Source of the DNA: Gloeobacterales cyanobacterium
GTDB taxonomy: Bacteria > Cyanobacteriota > Cyanobacteriia > Gloeobacterales > PMM-0068
Direction of reading: 5' to 3'
DNA length: 64,000 nucleotides
Assembly: GCA_038245785.1 (NCBI GenBank)
Contig: JBBRSB010000002.1
Coordinates: 96,001-160,000 of the forward strand
Part shown: positions 49,457 to 59,052 of the stretch, piece by piece
Layout of the letters: each line of letters starts with the position of its first letter
Numbering within the stretch: position 1 is the first letter of the stretch
Notes under the pieces: model-generated
What the model was told of the DNA's origin: nothing
What the model saw: only the letters and a program-made list of their open reading frames with translations
Database searches by the model: none
Translations under genes and position numbers: made by a program

Positions 49457-49699
49457 ATGGATGCAAATAAAAAATCGAGTGTAACAATGCCTGATGAAGA
49501 TGAGCAGGTTAGTGCCCAAATAAACCTTATTTTCCTACAAAAAAGGCTACAAAAGCCGCATATCACGAAAGATAAGGATGGCAAACTGCACATTCGATCC
49601 CATGAGCGCATCAGTGCAGTAACGGAAAGTAAGATCCGGACCGAACTTGATAACAAATTTGCAGCAGGTTCCTTCTTGTTTGTTCGTACAACGAGCTGA
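49457..49699 (+). CDS. Small hypothetical protein
   Basis: 80-aa ORF in an otherwise empty intergenic region; start ATG 49457 or 49487. Confidence 0.5.
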   Translation: MDANKKSSVTMPDEDEQVSAQINLIFLQKRLQKPHITKDKDGKLHIRSHERISAVTESKIRTELDNKFAAGSFLFVRTTS

Positions 49700-49835
49700 C
49701 AATGCCAAAGGAACCAGCGAGAGAGATCGCTTCTGCGGTCTCTTACGGATCCTATATAGCTAAATTCTCCTTCGAAATCCCTGAGGGCTACATAAACTGT
49801 GGCCCTTATTAGTGTGTATTCCCAGTTTCATAGAA

Positions 49836-50213
49836 TTATGAAAAGTATGGCGCGGATAACATCAATCCACACAGGGCCAAGATCCCCAATACTCCCATCA
49901 GGGCCAGACCCAACATGGCTACTACGGCGAGCTTTTGCCACCAGAGTAGCGGTACAGGAGGAGCAACGTCTAGAGCTTCATTCTGGGCGGCCTTTTCTAT
50001 GCCTTCTTCGCGATAGAGGTTGTAGTACCTGCGGGCCTCATAGTTAGAGAGAATGGTGTAGGCCTGATGAACTTCCTCAAAGCGCTCTCTTGAACTAGGG
50101 TCTTCACTGACGTCTGGGTGATACTGGCGCGCCAAACGCAAATACGCATCCCTAATTTCCGCCTTGCTGGTGTCAGGGGGAATATCAAGGACGCTGTAAA
50201 AATCTCTAGCCAT
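49836..50213 (-). CDS. J-domain protein with C-terminal membrane anchor
   Basis: DFYSVL...YHPD...AYTILS; hydrophobic C-terminus. Confidence 0.85.
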   Translation of the reverse strand: MARDFYSVLDIPPDTSKAEIRDAYLRLARQYHPDVSEDPSSRERFEEVHQAYTILSNYEARRYYNLYREEGIEKAAQNEALDVAPPVPLLWWQKLAVVAMLGLALMGVLGILALCGLMLSAPYFS

Positions 50214-50417
50214 CGACTTCTGGATACGCTACACCACAATCCTACTCATCTATGTCGATCCGATCCAAACTTTCGGGCTGGCTTTTAGTTATCAAGTATC
50301 TAGCTACACTCAAGGACAGTGACCACAGCACCTTTTTGACCAGCAGATAGCTCTTGAGAGAGAACCCGAGCTAGTGTGGAGATGGAGATTGCCATTTTCT
50401 TTGTAGAGGAGGCTATC

Positions 50418-50768
50418 ATGCTTAACTTTTTTCTTACCTGGCTTGTTTCAGCAGCAGTTTTAGTTCTGGTTTCTTATGTCGTTCCTGGCTTTACGGTGAG
50501 TAGTTTCACTGCTGCCCTGATTGCCGCTCTGGCCATAGGCATTATCAATGCCATCGTCGTTCCTCTACTCAACCTGCTGGCGTTACCTCTGAATATTCTG
50601 ACCCTAGGCTTGTTTTCTTTCGTAGTCAGCGCCGTGGGATTGTTACTAGCCTCAGCCTTTGTATCTGGTTTCACAATCGCTGGATTTTGGCCAGCACTCC
50701 TGGGAGCGGTGATGATTGCCGTCATCAATGGGATAGTAGGTCTGCTGGGTGGCAGAAGTTTTGCTTAG
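50418..50768 (+). CDS. YvlD-like 4-TM membrane protein (phage holin superfamily IV)
   Basis: LALPLNILTLGLFSFVV; AGGAGG RBS before ATG 50418. Confidence 0.85.
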   Translation: MLNFFLTWLVSAAVLVLVSYVVPGFTVSSFTAALIAALAIGIINAIVVPLLNLLALPLNILTLGLFSFVVSAVGLLLASAFVSGFTIAGFWPALLGAVMIAVINGIVGLLGGRSFA

Positions 50769-50781
50769 ATGAGAGCGTAAA

Positions 50782-51660
50782 CTACTGAATTCCCCGAAGG
50801 ACTGTCACAGGTTGGAGTTTCCGGTTATCACAATAGGCTATGCCCAGGAAGATATCTTCATCTTCCCAGACTTGGACATGCCCTGAGTCTCCGGGCCAAA
50901 AGACTTTTTGACCGCAGCACCAGAGTTCAGCCTGGTCGTTGGTGAGATGGGCAATGGGCAGATGGCTCAAAGCGACCTTTGGCGATAAGAGGGGAATCGG
51001 TTGGTCTTGCTCCAGCAAGTGTTGAATTTGTTCTAGGTCAATTGCATGGTCTAGATGGAAACCGCCACTTTCGATTCTGACTAAGTAGGCCAAAGTGCCA
51101 TAACCGCCCAGTTGTTCTCCCAAATCACGGGCGATAGAACGCACATAGGTGCCCGAAGAGCACTCGATTTCTATATGCACCTTGGGAAAGTCTCCTGGCT
51201 GCCACTGGAGAATGTCTAAGCGTTGAATGGCAACCGTACGGGCTTCCGGTTCCACCTCAATGCCTGCTCTCGCCAACTCATAGAGCTTTTTGCCATCTTT
51301 ACGCACCGCACTGTAGCGCGGGGGAATCTGCTCAATCGTGCCCAAGAAATTTGCCAAGATGCCCTCTACGGCATCTTCCGTTACCTCAGGCATCGCTTTT
51401 CGGTGAAGTTCTTGTCCTTCCAGGTCATCCGTATCGGTTGCGATACCAAGGGCTATAGTCGCTTGATAAACCTTGTTCCCTTCCATAAATCGTAGCAGGC
51501 GGGTCATTGGCCCAATCGCCATCGGCAAGACGCCCACAGCCGCTGGATCTAGGGTGCCACCATGCCCCACTCTGCGTTCTTTGAGCAATCTGCGCACTTT
51601 ATTGACGCAGTCATGGGAGGTCATCCCTGCAGACTTATTGAGGTTGAGAAACCCTTCCAC
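50782..51660 (-). CDS. truB: tRNA pseudouridine(55) synthase
   Basis: TSHD, VGHGGTLDP, PPRYSA, CSSGTYVRS. Confidence 0.95.
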   Translation of the reverse strand: MEGFLNLNKSAGMTSHDCVNKVRRLLKERRVGHGGTLDPAAVGVLPMAIGPMTRLLRFMEGNKVYQATIALGIATDTDDLEGQELHRKAMPEVTEDAVEGILANFLGTIEQIPPRYSAVRKDGKKLYELARAGIEVEPEARTVAIQRLDILQWQPGDFPKVHIEIECSSGTYVRSIARDLGEQLGGYGTLAYLVRIESGGFHLDHAIDLEQIQHLLEQDQPIPLLSPKVALSHLPIAHLTNDQAELWCCGQKVFWPGDSGHVQVWEDEDIFLGIAYCDNRKLQPVTVLRGIQ

Positions 51661-51693
51661 AAAAGTACTCTGATTAAATTACAGGGTGAAATT

Positions 51694-51780
51694 TGGTGCG
51701 GAACGGGGGACTTGAACCCCCAAGGGATTGCTCCCACATGAACCTGAATCATGCGCGTCTACCAATTCCGCCAGATCCGC
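51694..51780 (-). tRNA. tRNA-Leu(CAG), CCA encoded
   Basis: GCGGATCTGGCGGAATTGGTAGACGCG-CATGA-TTCAGGT-TCATG, long variable arm, GGTTCAAGTCC...CGCACCA. Confidence 0.95.
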
Positions 51781-51903
51781 ACGTGCTTTGGACAGCACCT
51801 CATTGTGTTGAAGTTCAGGACGTTTGTCAATTGAAATCTTTTCGACAGGCAGATTCGAGATAAATCTTGGGTGTTTACTCCTCCATTATGTTGTTTTGGG
51901 CAA

Positions 51904-53349
51904 TTAAAGAACACCTATGTTGCGACGTAGCTGTGCTAAAGATCTGTTGTAAGAAATCACAGCTTGCAGCAGGTTGTTTTTAGCTTGTGTCAGAGCATCC
52001 TCTGTACTGATGACCTCTGTTTGTGTCCCGACCCCTGCCCGGAAACGGAGACGTGCAAGACGCAAGGCTTCCTCCGCCTGCACTTGAGCCTGTCTACTGC
52101 TATTAATCTGTGCCTTACTAGACTCCAGGGTAAAGAATTGTTGTTCCACATCAAAACGCACCTGATTGCTGGTGTTGATAAAATTTACCCGTGCAATCTT
52201 AGCAGCGGCTACCGCTTGTTGCGCTAGCCCCTGAGCAGCCCCTCCATCAAAGAAGTTCCATTGGAGCTGGGCTCCCAAGCTGTAGCCAATCTGTCCTGGG
52301 ACATTGGAGCTGTTGCCAAGCGGCTTGGCAAAGTCCACTGCTCCGGTCAAACTTAGCTGCGGTCCTAACTGGGCGTAGGCAATCCTTTCCTGAGCTTTTG
52401 CCTGCTGTTCCCTAGCAACAAACTGTGGCAGTTCTACCCGCTTAGCATAGGCTTGAAAAATAGAATCTTCCAGACTCAAATCCCAGTTTCCACTTTCCTC
52501 AATCGGGTCTTTCGCACTCACATTGGTGGGTTCCACAAAGTTGAGTGCACGCGCTAGGTTTCGTTGAGCAACCACCCGACTATTCTGGGCTTGTAGCAGC
52601 TTCTGTTGGGTATTGGCTACCTGTACTTGTTGCCGAAGCACGTCAAACTTGGTCCCTACCCCAGCTCGTTCTTGAGCTTCAGCATCTCTCAAACTGGCCT
52701 CCGCATTGCGGACCGCCGACTCAGCAATGCTTACATTACCATCTTGACTTTGCAGATCGAAATAAGCGTTGGCAACCCCAACTTTAAGATCTTGAAGTGC
52801 CTTCTCTACGTCCAAGGTGCTGAATTTCAGACCTTGTTGTGCATTATCAACGCGCGCATCTACCAAACCAGAGGTATACAGGTTCCAGTTGGCTTGGACA
52901 ATGTTGCCCGTCAAGCTACTGCTGGCACCATTACCACTGCTATTGAGTCCGTTATTAAAACTATTAAATGAGCTGCCTAGTTTGGACTGAGCCGCCTCCG
53001 AGTAGCTATAGTTAGCGCTACTGCCAAGGGTAGGAATCCGTCCTGCTTCGGCCTCTTTAACTACCCCCTGTGACTGTTCAACGCCTAGTTTGGACACCAA
53101 TAAGTTTGGACTACGTTGAACAGCAAGTTCGATAGCCTCGTTCAGGGACAGCGGCTGATTTTTTTGAACTTTTAGTTCGAGCGGTTGTCGGGGAGCCTTC
53201 GGATATTCCGGAAGTAAAGGCTGCGTGGTCGTGGCGGGCTGAGGAATTGACCGGGGCGGAGATGTTTGGGCTAGAACGGGACAGACTAAGCTGACCAGAC
53301 CAATACTACTAATGCTCAGAATTAGGTGAATACGGTTCATATATGACAC
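51904..53349 (-). CDS. TolC-family outer membrane protein
   Basis: Signal peptide, LSLNEAIELA, duplicated AGVGT motifs, WNFFDGG. Confidence 0.88.
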   Translation of the reverse strand: MSYMNRIHLILSISSIGLVSLVCPVLAQTSPPRSIPQPATTTQPLLPEYPKAPRQPLELKVQKNQPLSLNEAIELAVQRSPNLLVSKLGVEQSQGVVKEAEAGRIPTLGSSANYSYSEAAQSKLGSSFNSFNNGLNSSGNGASSSLTGNIVQANWNLYTSGLVDARVDNAQQGLKFSTLDVEKALQDLKVGVANAYFDLQSQDGNVSIAESAVRNAEASLRDAEAQERAGVGTKFDVLRQQVQVANTQQKLLQAQNSRVVAQRNLARALNFVEPTNVSAKDPIEESGNWDLSLEDSIFQAYAKRVELPQFVAREQQAKAQERIAYAQLGPQLSLTGAVDFAKPLGNSSNVPGQIGYSLGAQLQWNFFDGGAAQGLAQQAVAAAKIARVNFINTSNQVRFDVEQQFFTLESSKAQINSSRQAQVQAEEALRLARLRFRAGVGTQTEVISTEDALTQAKNNLLQAVISYNRSLAQLRRNIGVL

Positions 53350-53465
53350 TTCTCACTCCTCAAACAGGCACATATCGCCCATGATGACAGATTACAGGGC
53401 AGCTTCAAAATAAGTAGCCTTACACGCAGCTACTCTATCTACGCTATTCCTGCTGAGGATGTTCC

Positions 53466-55070
53466 CTACTTCACCCCGTTAACTAGCTTTGGCTTGGGTA
53501 AAGGTAGACAGCTGGTTTCTAGTAAAGTGCTGGCCGCCACCTTAGATGCATCCATGGCTGTCCCCGTATACTCTGTTTCGCGTAGTTCTTTGAATTCAGG
53601 CTCTTTGCAATTCAAGACCTCAGCTTTTTGGATTACATCTCCGACCTGAAGTTTTCGGACATTTTTGATGCCCTGGGTGATGTAAGCAAAATTGGCGTAT
53701 TTGCCGTCGAACAGATTATTGCCGGTAGGCGTTAGTTCTGGGTCAGAGAAAGAGATGAAGAACTGGCTAGAGCCGGAATTGGGGTCTTTCTCCAATCTGG
53801 CCATGGAGAATGTTCCAGGAGGCCCATAGGGAATCGCCGGGAATCTGTCCGTCGTCTGCCCATAGACTGTCTGATTTTGGCTGCCTTTGATGTACTTATC
53901 ATGCAGCTTGGCCATCTCCTCCCGCAATTTGAGAGGGTCTATGCCGAAGCGGTCTTCAGCGTAGTCAACGCGGCGTTGGACAATTCGAGAAAAATTGTAG
54001 TCCAGCTCTTTTCTGGCAGGGCGCACTTCTAGGGGAAGGTTGCGAATTTTCCCTGTTGCAGGGTCTTTAAAGCCCCCATTCATATCTGCGCCAGGAGCCC
54101 CTGTCTGCACCAAGAAAAATCGTTCAGCCCGTGAAATCTTAAGCCCATTGTAGAAACCACGATTGACTAAGTCTAGAAAGTTCCCTGCCGTGACAGGAGC
54201 ATTGAAACCATCCACTATTGCTTCAAAGTTACCTTGATTCGTGGTGAACTTGACCATCACCCAACCACCTTCCAGGTAAGGTCGATTGCGATATTGTGCT
54301 GGCACGTCCGTCTTGTAACTATCCAACATCGATAACTGGAACAGATCAAAATACCAGAGCGTTCTGCGGTACTGGAGCGTAGAACCTGTGACATCCTGGG
54401 CATAGATTTTGTCTTGGAGGATGCGGATATTCTTGCGCAGGTCCGCCATCTGCTGAACTGCTTTTGGTTTGATCTGAGGCGGAACTTTTGCCATCATCTG
54501 CGGCTCATTGCGGGCAAGAATTTCTAGCACCTTAGCTACATGTTCTTTACCTTCGATCCAGTTGCGCTCTCTGATATGTTCTAGCGTATGTTCTAGTGTT
54601 TTTTCTACTTCCCAGGAGTCGACTCCGGTGTCAGGAAGAGAACGACGCAGAGCAACCTCTGCCTGACGAATAGGCTCTCCCCCAGGCAATCCTTTGACAA
54701 GCGTACTATCGTCTACTTTGCTAATGTCCTGGGAGTTATTGGACCAGACCACGGTTCCGGTGATCACAGCAGCAGTGACTACCAGGGTACCAAGCGTCCA
54801 CCAAAGAGGTTTCAGATTAACTTGCTTGCGGACTGATTTAGTTAGCTTCGCTTGAGGCTTAGGAATTGGAGGAGTTGACACCTCATTATTATTTTGAAGC
54901 AGATCCTGGAAGCTTTCCAGAAAGCTCTCTTTCTCAATCCCTTCAGGAGCAAGTTCTTGATTATAGAAATCCTCTAAGATACTGTGCCGCTCTTGAGGAG
55001 AGAGGCTCAAAAATTCAGAGGTCTTGGTAAGTTCATCCAAATCACTAAGTTTTTGTTCTACGGGAGCCAT
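53466..55070 (-). CDS. Membrane-anchored CYP38/TLP40-like cyclophilin, paralog A
   Basis: TM helix, LRRSLP helical bundle, DGFNAPVTAGNFLDLVNRGFY, NSGSSQFF, FDGKYANF; ATG overlaps the permease stop. Confidence 0.8.
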   Translation of the reverse strand: MAPVEQKLSDLDELTKTSEFLSLSPQERHSILEDFYNQELAPEGIEKESFLESFQDLLQNNNEVSTPPIPKPQAKLTKSVRKQVNLKPLWWTLGTLVVTAAVITGTVVWSNNSQDISKVDDSTLVKGLPGGEPIRQAEVALRRSLPDTGVDSWEVEKTLEHTLEHIRERNWIEGKEHVAKVLEILARNEPQMMAKVPPQIKPKAVQQMADLRKNIRILQDKIYAQDVTGSTLQYRRTLWYFDLFQLSMLDSYKTDVPAQYRNRPYLEGGWVMVKFTTNQGNFEAIVDGFNAPVTAGNFLDLVNRGFYNGLKISRAERFFLVQTGAPGADMNGGFKDPATGKIRNLPLEVRPARKELDYNFSRIVQRRVDYAEDRFGIDPLKLREEMAKLHDKYIKGSQNQTVYGQTTDRFPAIPYGPPGTFSMARLEKDPNSGSSQFFISFSDPELTPTGNNLFDGKYANFAYITQGIKNVRKLQVGDVIQKAEVLNCKEPEFKELRETEYTGTAMDASKVAASTLLETSCLPLPKPKLVNGVK

Positions 55071-56185
55071 TAGGAGTTACCAGAATGTTCTTGGGAAGAT
55101 GTTCTTATTACAAGTTTGCCGTTGCTGTCACGCACGATTTGCTTTCTGGGCTGACTAGAAGAAGAGACATTGGAGGAACTAGAAGAACGTACAGGAATCG
55201 TAGCGACGGTTTCCTGTCTCATCGACTGATGCTCTGTTGTCGTTTTATCATTTACTGATAAAACGGGTGGAACAGTCTCTGAAGTAGGTTCACTTTGCAG
55301 GACGACCATTTGCTCAATCTTCTTGCCCCATTGTCCAAAAGAGGTTCCTTTTAGGAAGGGACCAGAAAGTACAACTAAGAGCAAAAAGAAGCTGCTGACT
55401 AAAGTGATTGTGGGTCCGGAAGAAGTATTTTGATAATAGCTGATGTATAGACCAATTACGCTTGAGGCAACTCCTAGTGCGGTAGAAACTTGGAGCATGG
55501 AGGAAAAGCGATCGGTCAAGAGATAGGCCGTAGCCGCAGGGATAATCAGCATCGCTATCGTCAGCGCTACCCCAACCGACTGCATGGTGGCTACAACCGT
55601 CAAGGCGGTGAGTGCCATCATTGTATAGTGTAGTTTTTGCGCAGGTAAGCCCACAGCCTCAGCCCATTGGGGGTCAAAGCTGAGGAGCAAAAACTCTTTA
55701 TAAAGCGCATAAACGGTGACTAAAACGATGAGCCCAATGACCGCACTGGTGACCAAATCTAAATCTGTAATACCCAAGATATTGCCAAAGAGGAAATCGC
55801 TTAGATTCACCTTGCGTTCGTTCTGAATCTTAGTAATCAGGATAATTCCCAAGCCAAAGAAGGCGGAGAGAATAACGCCCATCGCAGCATCTTCTTTAAT
55901 TCGGGTTTTAGTCTGTAACCAACCTAATGAAACGGTGGAGAGAATCCCTGAGATAAAACCACCAACAAAAATATTGACATAAAGCAAAAAGGCGATGGCA
56001 ATTCCAGGGACTACAGAGTTAGAAACAACTAGTCCCAGTAAAGATAGTCTGCGGACTACTAAGTAAGAACCCATCACTGCGCACAGGGTGCCAATCAGTA
56101 CAGCCGAGATGAGCGCTCGTGCCATAAAGGGTTGGGTCAAAGGCTCCCAAATAATATTCACAAAGTCTAAAAACGATTGCCACAT
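55070..56185 (-). CDS. Mn/Zn/Fe ABC transporter permease (MntB-like) with a long hydrophilic C-tail
   Basis: FMARAL, IKEDAAMG, FLFGNILGI, SFDP..A...G, IIPAATA. Confidence 0.9.
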   Translation of the reverse strand: MWQSFLDFVNIIWEPLTQPFMARALISAVLIGTLCAVMGSYLVVRRLSLLGLVVSNSVVPGIAIAFLLYVNIFVGGFISGILSTVSLGWLQTKTRIKEDAAMGVILSAFFGLGIILITKIQNERKVNLSDFLFGNILGITDLDLVTSAVIGLIVLVTVYALYKEFLLLSFDPQWAEAVGLPAQKLHYTMMALTALTVVATMQSVGVALTIAMLIIPAATAYLLTDRFSSMLQVSTALGVASSVIGLYISYYQNTSSGPTITLVSSFFLLLVVLSGPFLKGTSFGQWGKKIEQMVVLQSEPTSETVPPVLSVNDKTTTEHQSMRQETVATIPVRSSSSSNVSSSSQPRKQIVRDSNGKLVIRTSSQEHSGNS

Positions 56186-56219
56186 AACCGAGGACGCTCC
56201 TTCTCCTGTTCAGACCAGC

Positions 56220-56933
56220 TCAGGCCAAAGCGACTTGGCCCATATAGGCTTTATTTAAATTTTCCTGAGTGAAGACTTGTTCTCTGGGGCCATAGGCTGT
56301 GATTTTGCCCCGGAGCATCAATATATCGTCGTAGTGTTGGATGACTTCTCCAAGATCGTGGTTGACCACCATCAGAGACTTTCCCTGGCTACGTAACTGG
56401 TCAAATATTTTGAGAATTTCCCGCTCGGTGTATTGATCCACCCCAACGAAAGGCTCATCAAACAAGTAAAGTTCTGCTTCTTGAACAAGAGAACGAGCAA
56501 TAAATACCCGCTGTTGCTGTCCCCCGGATAGCTCTCCAATGCGACGGTCCGCAGACTCTTGCATTGAGACGCGCTCTAAGGCTTTTTGAACCAAATCATA
56601 GTGGACCTGTTGCGGCCTGCTGAGCCAACCCATATAGGGGATACAGCCCATAAGGACTACTTCTTTGACCGTAGCGGGAAAGTCCCAGTCAATGCCAGCC
56701 CGCTGCGGGACATAAGCAACGCGCTCCCTGATTTCTTTGATGGGGGTTCCCCCAAGTTCAACGCGACCGCTAGTCAGAGGAACCAAGCCCATCATTGCTT
56801 TGATCAGGGTAGATTTTCCTGCTCCATTCGGGCCAATCACCCCCACCAATCGACCGGGGGCCACTGAAAAAGTAACTTTCTCTAAAGCAGCACGGCTGCC
56901 ATAGTAGACCGCTAGATCGTTTACCTGGAGCAT
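56220..56933 (-). CDS. Mn/Zn/Fe ABC transporter ATP-binding protein (MntA-like)
   Basis: GPNGAGKST, AYVPQR..IDWDFP, LSGGQQQRVFIAR, DEPFVGVD; ATG 56933. Confidence 0.9.
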   Translation of the reverse strand: MLQVNDLAVYYGSRAALEKVTFSVAPGRLVGVIGPNGAGKSTLIKAMMGLVPLTSGRVELGGTPIKEIRERVAYVPQRAGIDWDFPATVKEVVLMGCIPYMGWLSRPQQVHYDLVQKALERVSMQESADRRIGELSGGQQQRVFIARSLVQEAELYLFDEPFVGVDQYTEREILKIFDQLRSQGKSLMVVNHDLGEVIQHYDDILMLRGKITAYGPREQVFTQENLNKAYMGQVALA

Positions 56934-57012
56934 GACAACCTCATCAGCGTAACGGATGGACTTCACGAAAAAGTTTAAGAGCGTACACATAGATTAACAA
57001 AGAACGACAAAA

Positions 57013-57031
57013 CATGAAACAAATATGAAAA
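57013..57031. promoter_or_regulatory. Candidate ManR-binding direct repeat
   Basis: CATGAAACAAATATGAAAA: ATGAAA twice at 11-bp period, 80 nt upstream of the ATPase. Confidence 0.6.
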
Positions 57032-57263
57032 TTTATGCAGGTGTTGCGGGAGAGAGGCTAGTTCAAGACGGCTAGTGTCCTGGGGTTGCGTAGAAGTCTT
57101 ATTACTTTTCCATCAGCAAGTTGGATACCGAGGACCTGCCTAATACGATTAGAGAGATAATTGTGTTAGAACGCACAGCGAGAGCATCATGGAAGATGAC
57201 TTGCTAAACCCCTAACCTCGCTCGTCTTTTAAAGAATAAAGCAAGAATAAAGAAGGAATCAAA

Positions 57264-58646
57264 ATGAGTACAACTAAACCAAAGTCCGGGCAGTTCAAGA
57301 TTTGGGGCTTGGGTGCAGCCGCCGCAATAGCCTTAGGAGGAGGACTTTTCTTCTACAACAGCAATCAAGACCTCAGCAAAGTCGATGACGCGACTCTATT
57401 AAAGGGAATTCAAGCAAAGGGCGATCCACTGCGCGAAGCAGAAGAGGCCATGCGTCACTCATTGCCCAATACAGGACTGGCTACCTGGGAAATTTCTGAA
57501 GTCCTCGAACCGATTGAAAAGCAGATTAAACAGGGCAACTGGGACCAAGCTCAGCTACAAACGGCCAAAGCCCTTGAAATTCTCAATGCGAACGAACCAA
57601 AATGGCAAAGTCAATTCCCTGCAGCGGCTAAAGCAAGAGGTTCTCAGGCAATTGCCGATACCCGTAAGAGTTTGACCGCGCTCCAAGACTACCTCAAGAC
57701 GAAAAAGTTTGTTGATGCGCGGCTTCAGGTAACCAGATCAGAGTGGTCTCTTGACATGGTGCGCTTAGCCTTAATAGATGACTTCAAAGTAGACATCCCA
57801 GCGCAGTATAAGAATCTACCTCATCTCAATGGCGGGTGGGTGATGGTGAAAGTGCATATGGTCCCAGAGCGTAATTCCTTCATTGCCTTGATGGATGGCT
57901 ACAACGCTCCAATTACTGCTGGAAATTTTGTAGATCTCGTCAATCGCGGCTTTTATGATGGCATGAAAATTGACGAGACGGAGCGGTTTGTTGAAGTCCG
58001 ATTCGGCGATCCAAAAGGCGACGGTACCAGCGCATTTACCGATCCAGCTACAGGTAAACCTCGCTATATTCCTTTTGAGATCCGCCCCGCCAAGAGCGAA
58101 GGGAATGTTAACCTCTCTCCAGTTATTGAGCAGCGGGTGCGGTACGTTCAGCAGCGTTATCTCAATGATCCAGCTAAGTTTGAGGAAGAGATGACTAAGC
58201 TTTATAACAAATACGTTAATCAGGATATGAAGCCTTTGGTATATGGAAAAACGATTGAGGGCCTATCGGCTCTACCCTTTGGACCGGCTGGTTTATTTGG
58301 TACCGTCACTAAGAAGGGAGAACCCAATTCAGGTTCTAGTCAATTATTTATTTCCTTCTCAGACGCAGACATCGTGCCTACTGGAAGCAACCTATTTGAT
58401 GGCAATTATGCAACCTTTGGCTACGTGACGCAGAATATCAATGGCTTACGTGCGCTGAAAAAAGATGATGTGATCAAGAAAATTGAAGTCCTTAACTGCA
58501 CAGGCTATGAATTCCAAAATGGCCGGGATAATCAATACACGGGTACCGTTTTGATGAATGATGAAAAAGTGGGTGACGCCTCCACAGGGGTAGATGCAGC
58601 CTGTCTGCCTCTGCCCAAACCAAAGCTGATCAACGGGAAAGCTTAG
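57264..58646 (+). CDS. Membrane-anchored CYP38/TLP40-like cyclophilin, paralog B
   Basis: N-terminal TM, DGYNAPITAGNFVDLVNRGFY, NSGSSQLF, FDGNYATFG; collinear with paralog A. Confidence 0.8.
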   Translation: MSTTKPKSGQFKIWGLGAAAAIALGGGLFFYNSNQDLSKVDDATLLKGIQAKGDPLREAEEAMRHSLPNTGLATWEISEVLEPIEKQIKQGNWDQAQLQTAKALEILNANEPKWQSQFPAAAKARGSQAIADTRKSLTALQDYLKTKKFVDARLQVTRSEWSLDMVRLALIDDFKVDIPAQYKNLPHLNGGWVMVKVHMVPERNSFIALMDGYNAPITAGNFVDLVNRGFYDGMKIDETERFVEVRFGDPKGDGTSAFTDPATGKPRYIPFEIRPAKSEGNVNLSPVIEQRVRYVQQRYLNDPAKFEEEMTKLYNKYVNQDMKPLVYGKTIEGLSALPFGPAGLFGTVTKKGEPNSGSSQLFISFSDADIVPTGSNLFDGNYATFGYVTQNINGLRALKKDDVIKKIEVLNCTGYEFQNGRDNQYTGTVLMNDEKVGDASTGVDAACLPLPKPKLINGKA

Positions 58647-58689
58647 CGATTTCCTTGTGCGGATAAGGTCGATTCATATTGCATACAAA

Positions 58690-58733
58690 ATTAAGTCCCA
58701 GACACAACCTTTAAGTTGTGTCTGGGACTTAAT
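58690..58733. terminator. 19-bp perfect inverted repeat, probable bidirectional terminator
   Basis: attaagtcccagacacaac-ctttaa-gttgtgtctgggacttaat. Confidence 0.7.
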
Positions 58734-58803
58734 CATTATTGGTTTTTCAAAGTGATGCCGATCAAAAAGACTTTGTAGCAAGAATCAATCTTACAGAAGC
58801 TGC

Positions 58804-59052
58804 TTAAGGACTCACTTGAATAAATTTGATAGTGCTTAGAGATAGAGCTTTCAGCACATTGGCAGAAGCAAACCGCAAACCTCTAGGGAGCAAGATCATG
58901 AAAATCGTGAAAGGTAGGAAGAACAGCATTAATACAGCTGCCATTAGATAGAACTTGGCGTAGTTTATCCAAGAGATCGACACGGAATCTCGTGATTGCA
59001 TCAGTGGACGGTCAAGCCAAGCAGGGGAGGAAATCATTGAGGTAAACCACAT
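58804..59052 (-). CDS. Small hypothetical membrane protein
   Basis: One strongly hydrophobic segment; fills the gap between the terminator and purL. Confidence 0.35.
   Translation of the reverse strand: MWFTSMISSPAWLDRPLMQSRDSVSISWINYAKFYLMAAVLMLFFLPFTIFMILLPRGLRFASANVLKALSLSTIKFIQVSP

Noticed and set aside
50418..50768. Holin-family gene near a tRNA as a sign of prophage
   Set aside because: YvlD-like genes are common chromosomal genes; no integrase, phage genes or tRNA 3'-end duplication seen
51694..51780. U-U mismatch in the tRNA-Leu acceptor stem
   Set aside because: A single mismatch with all other arms and CCA intact; not evidence of a pseudogene
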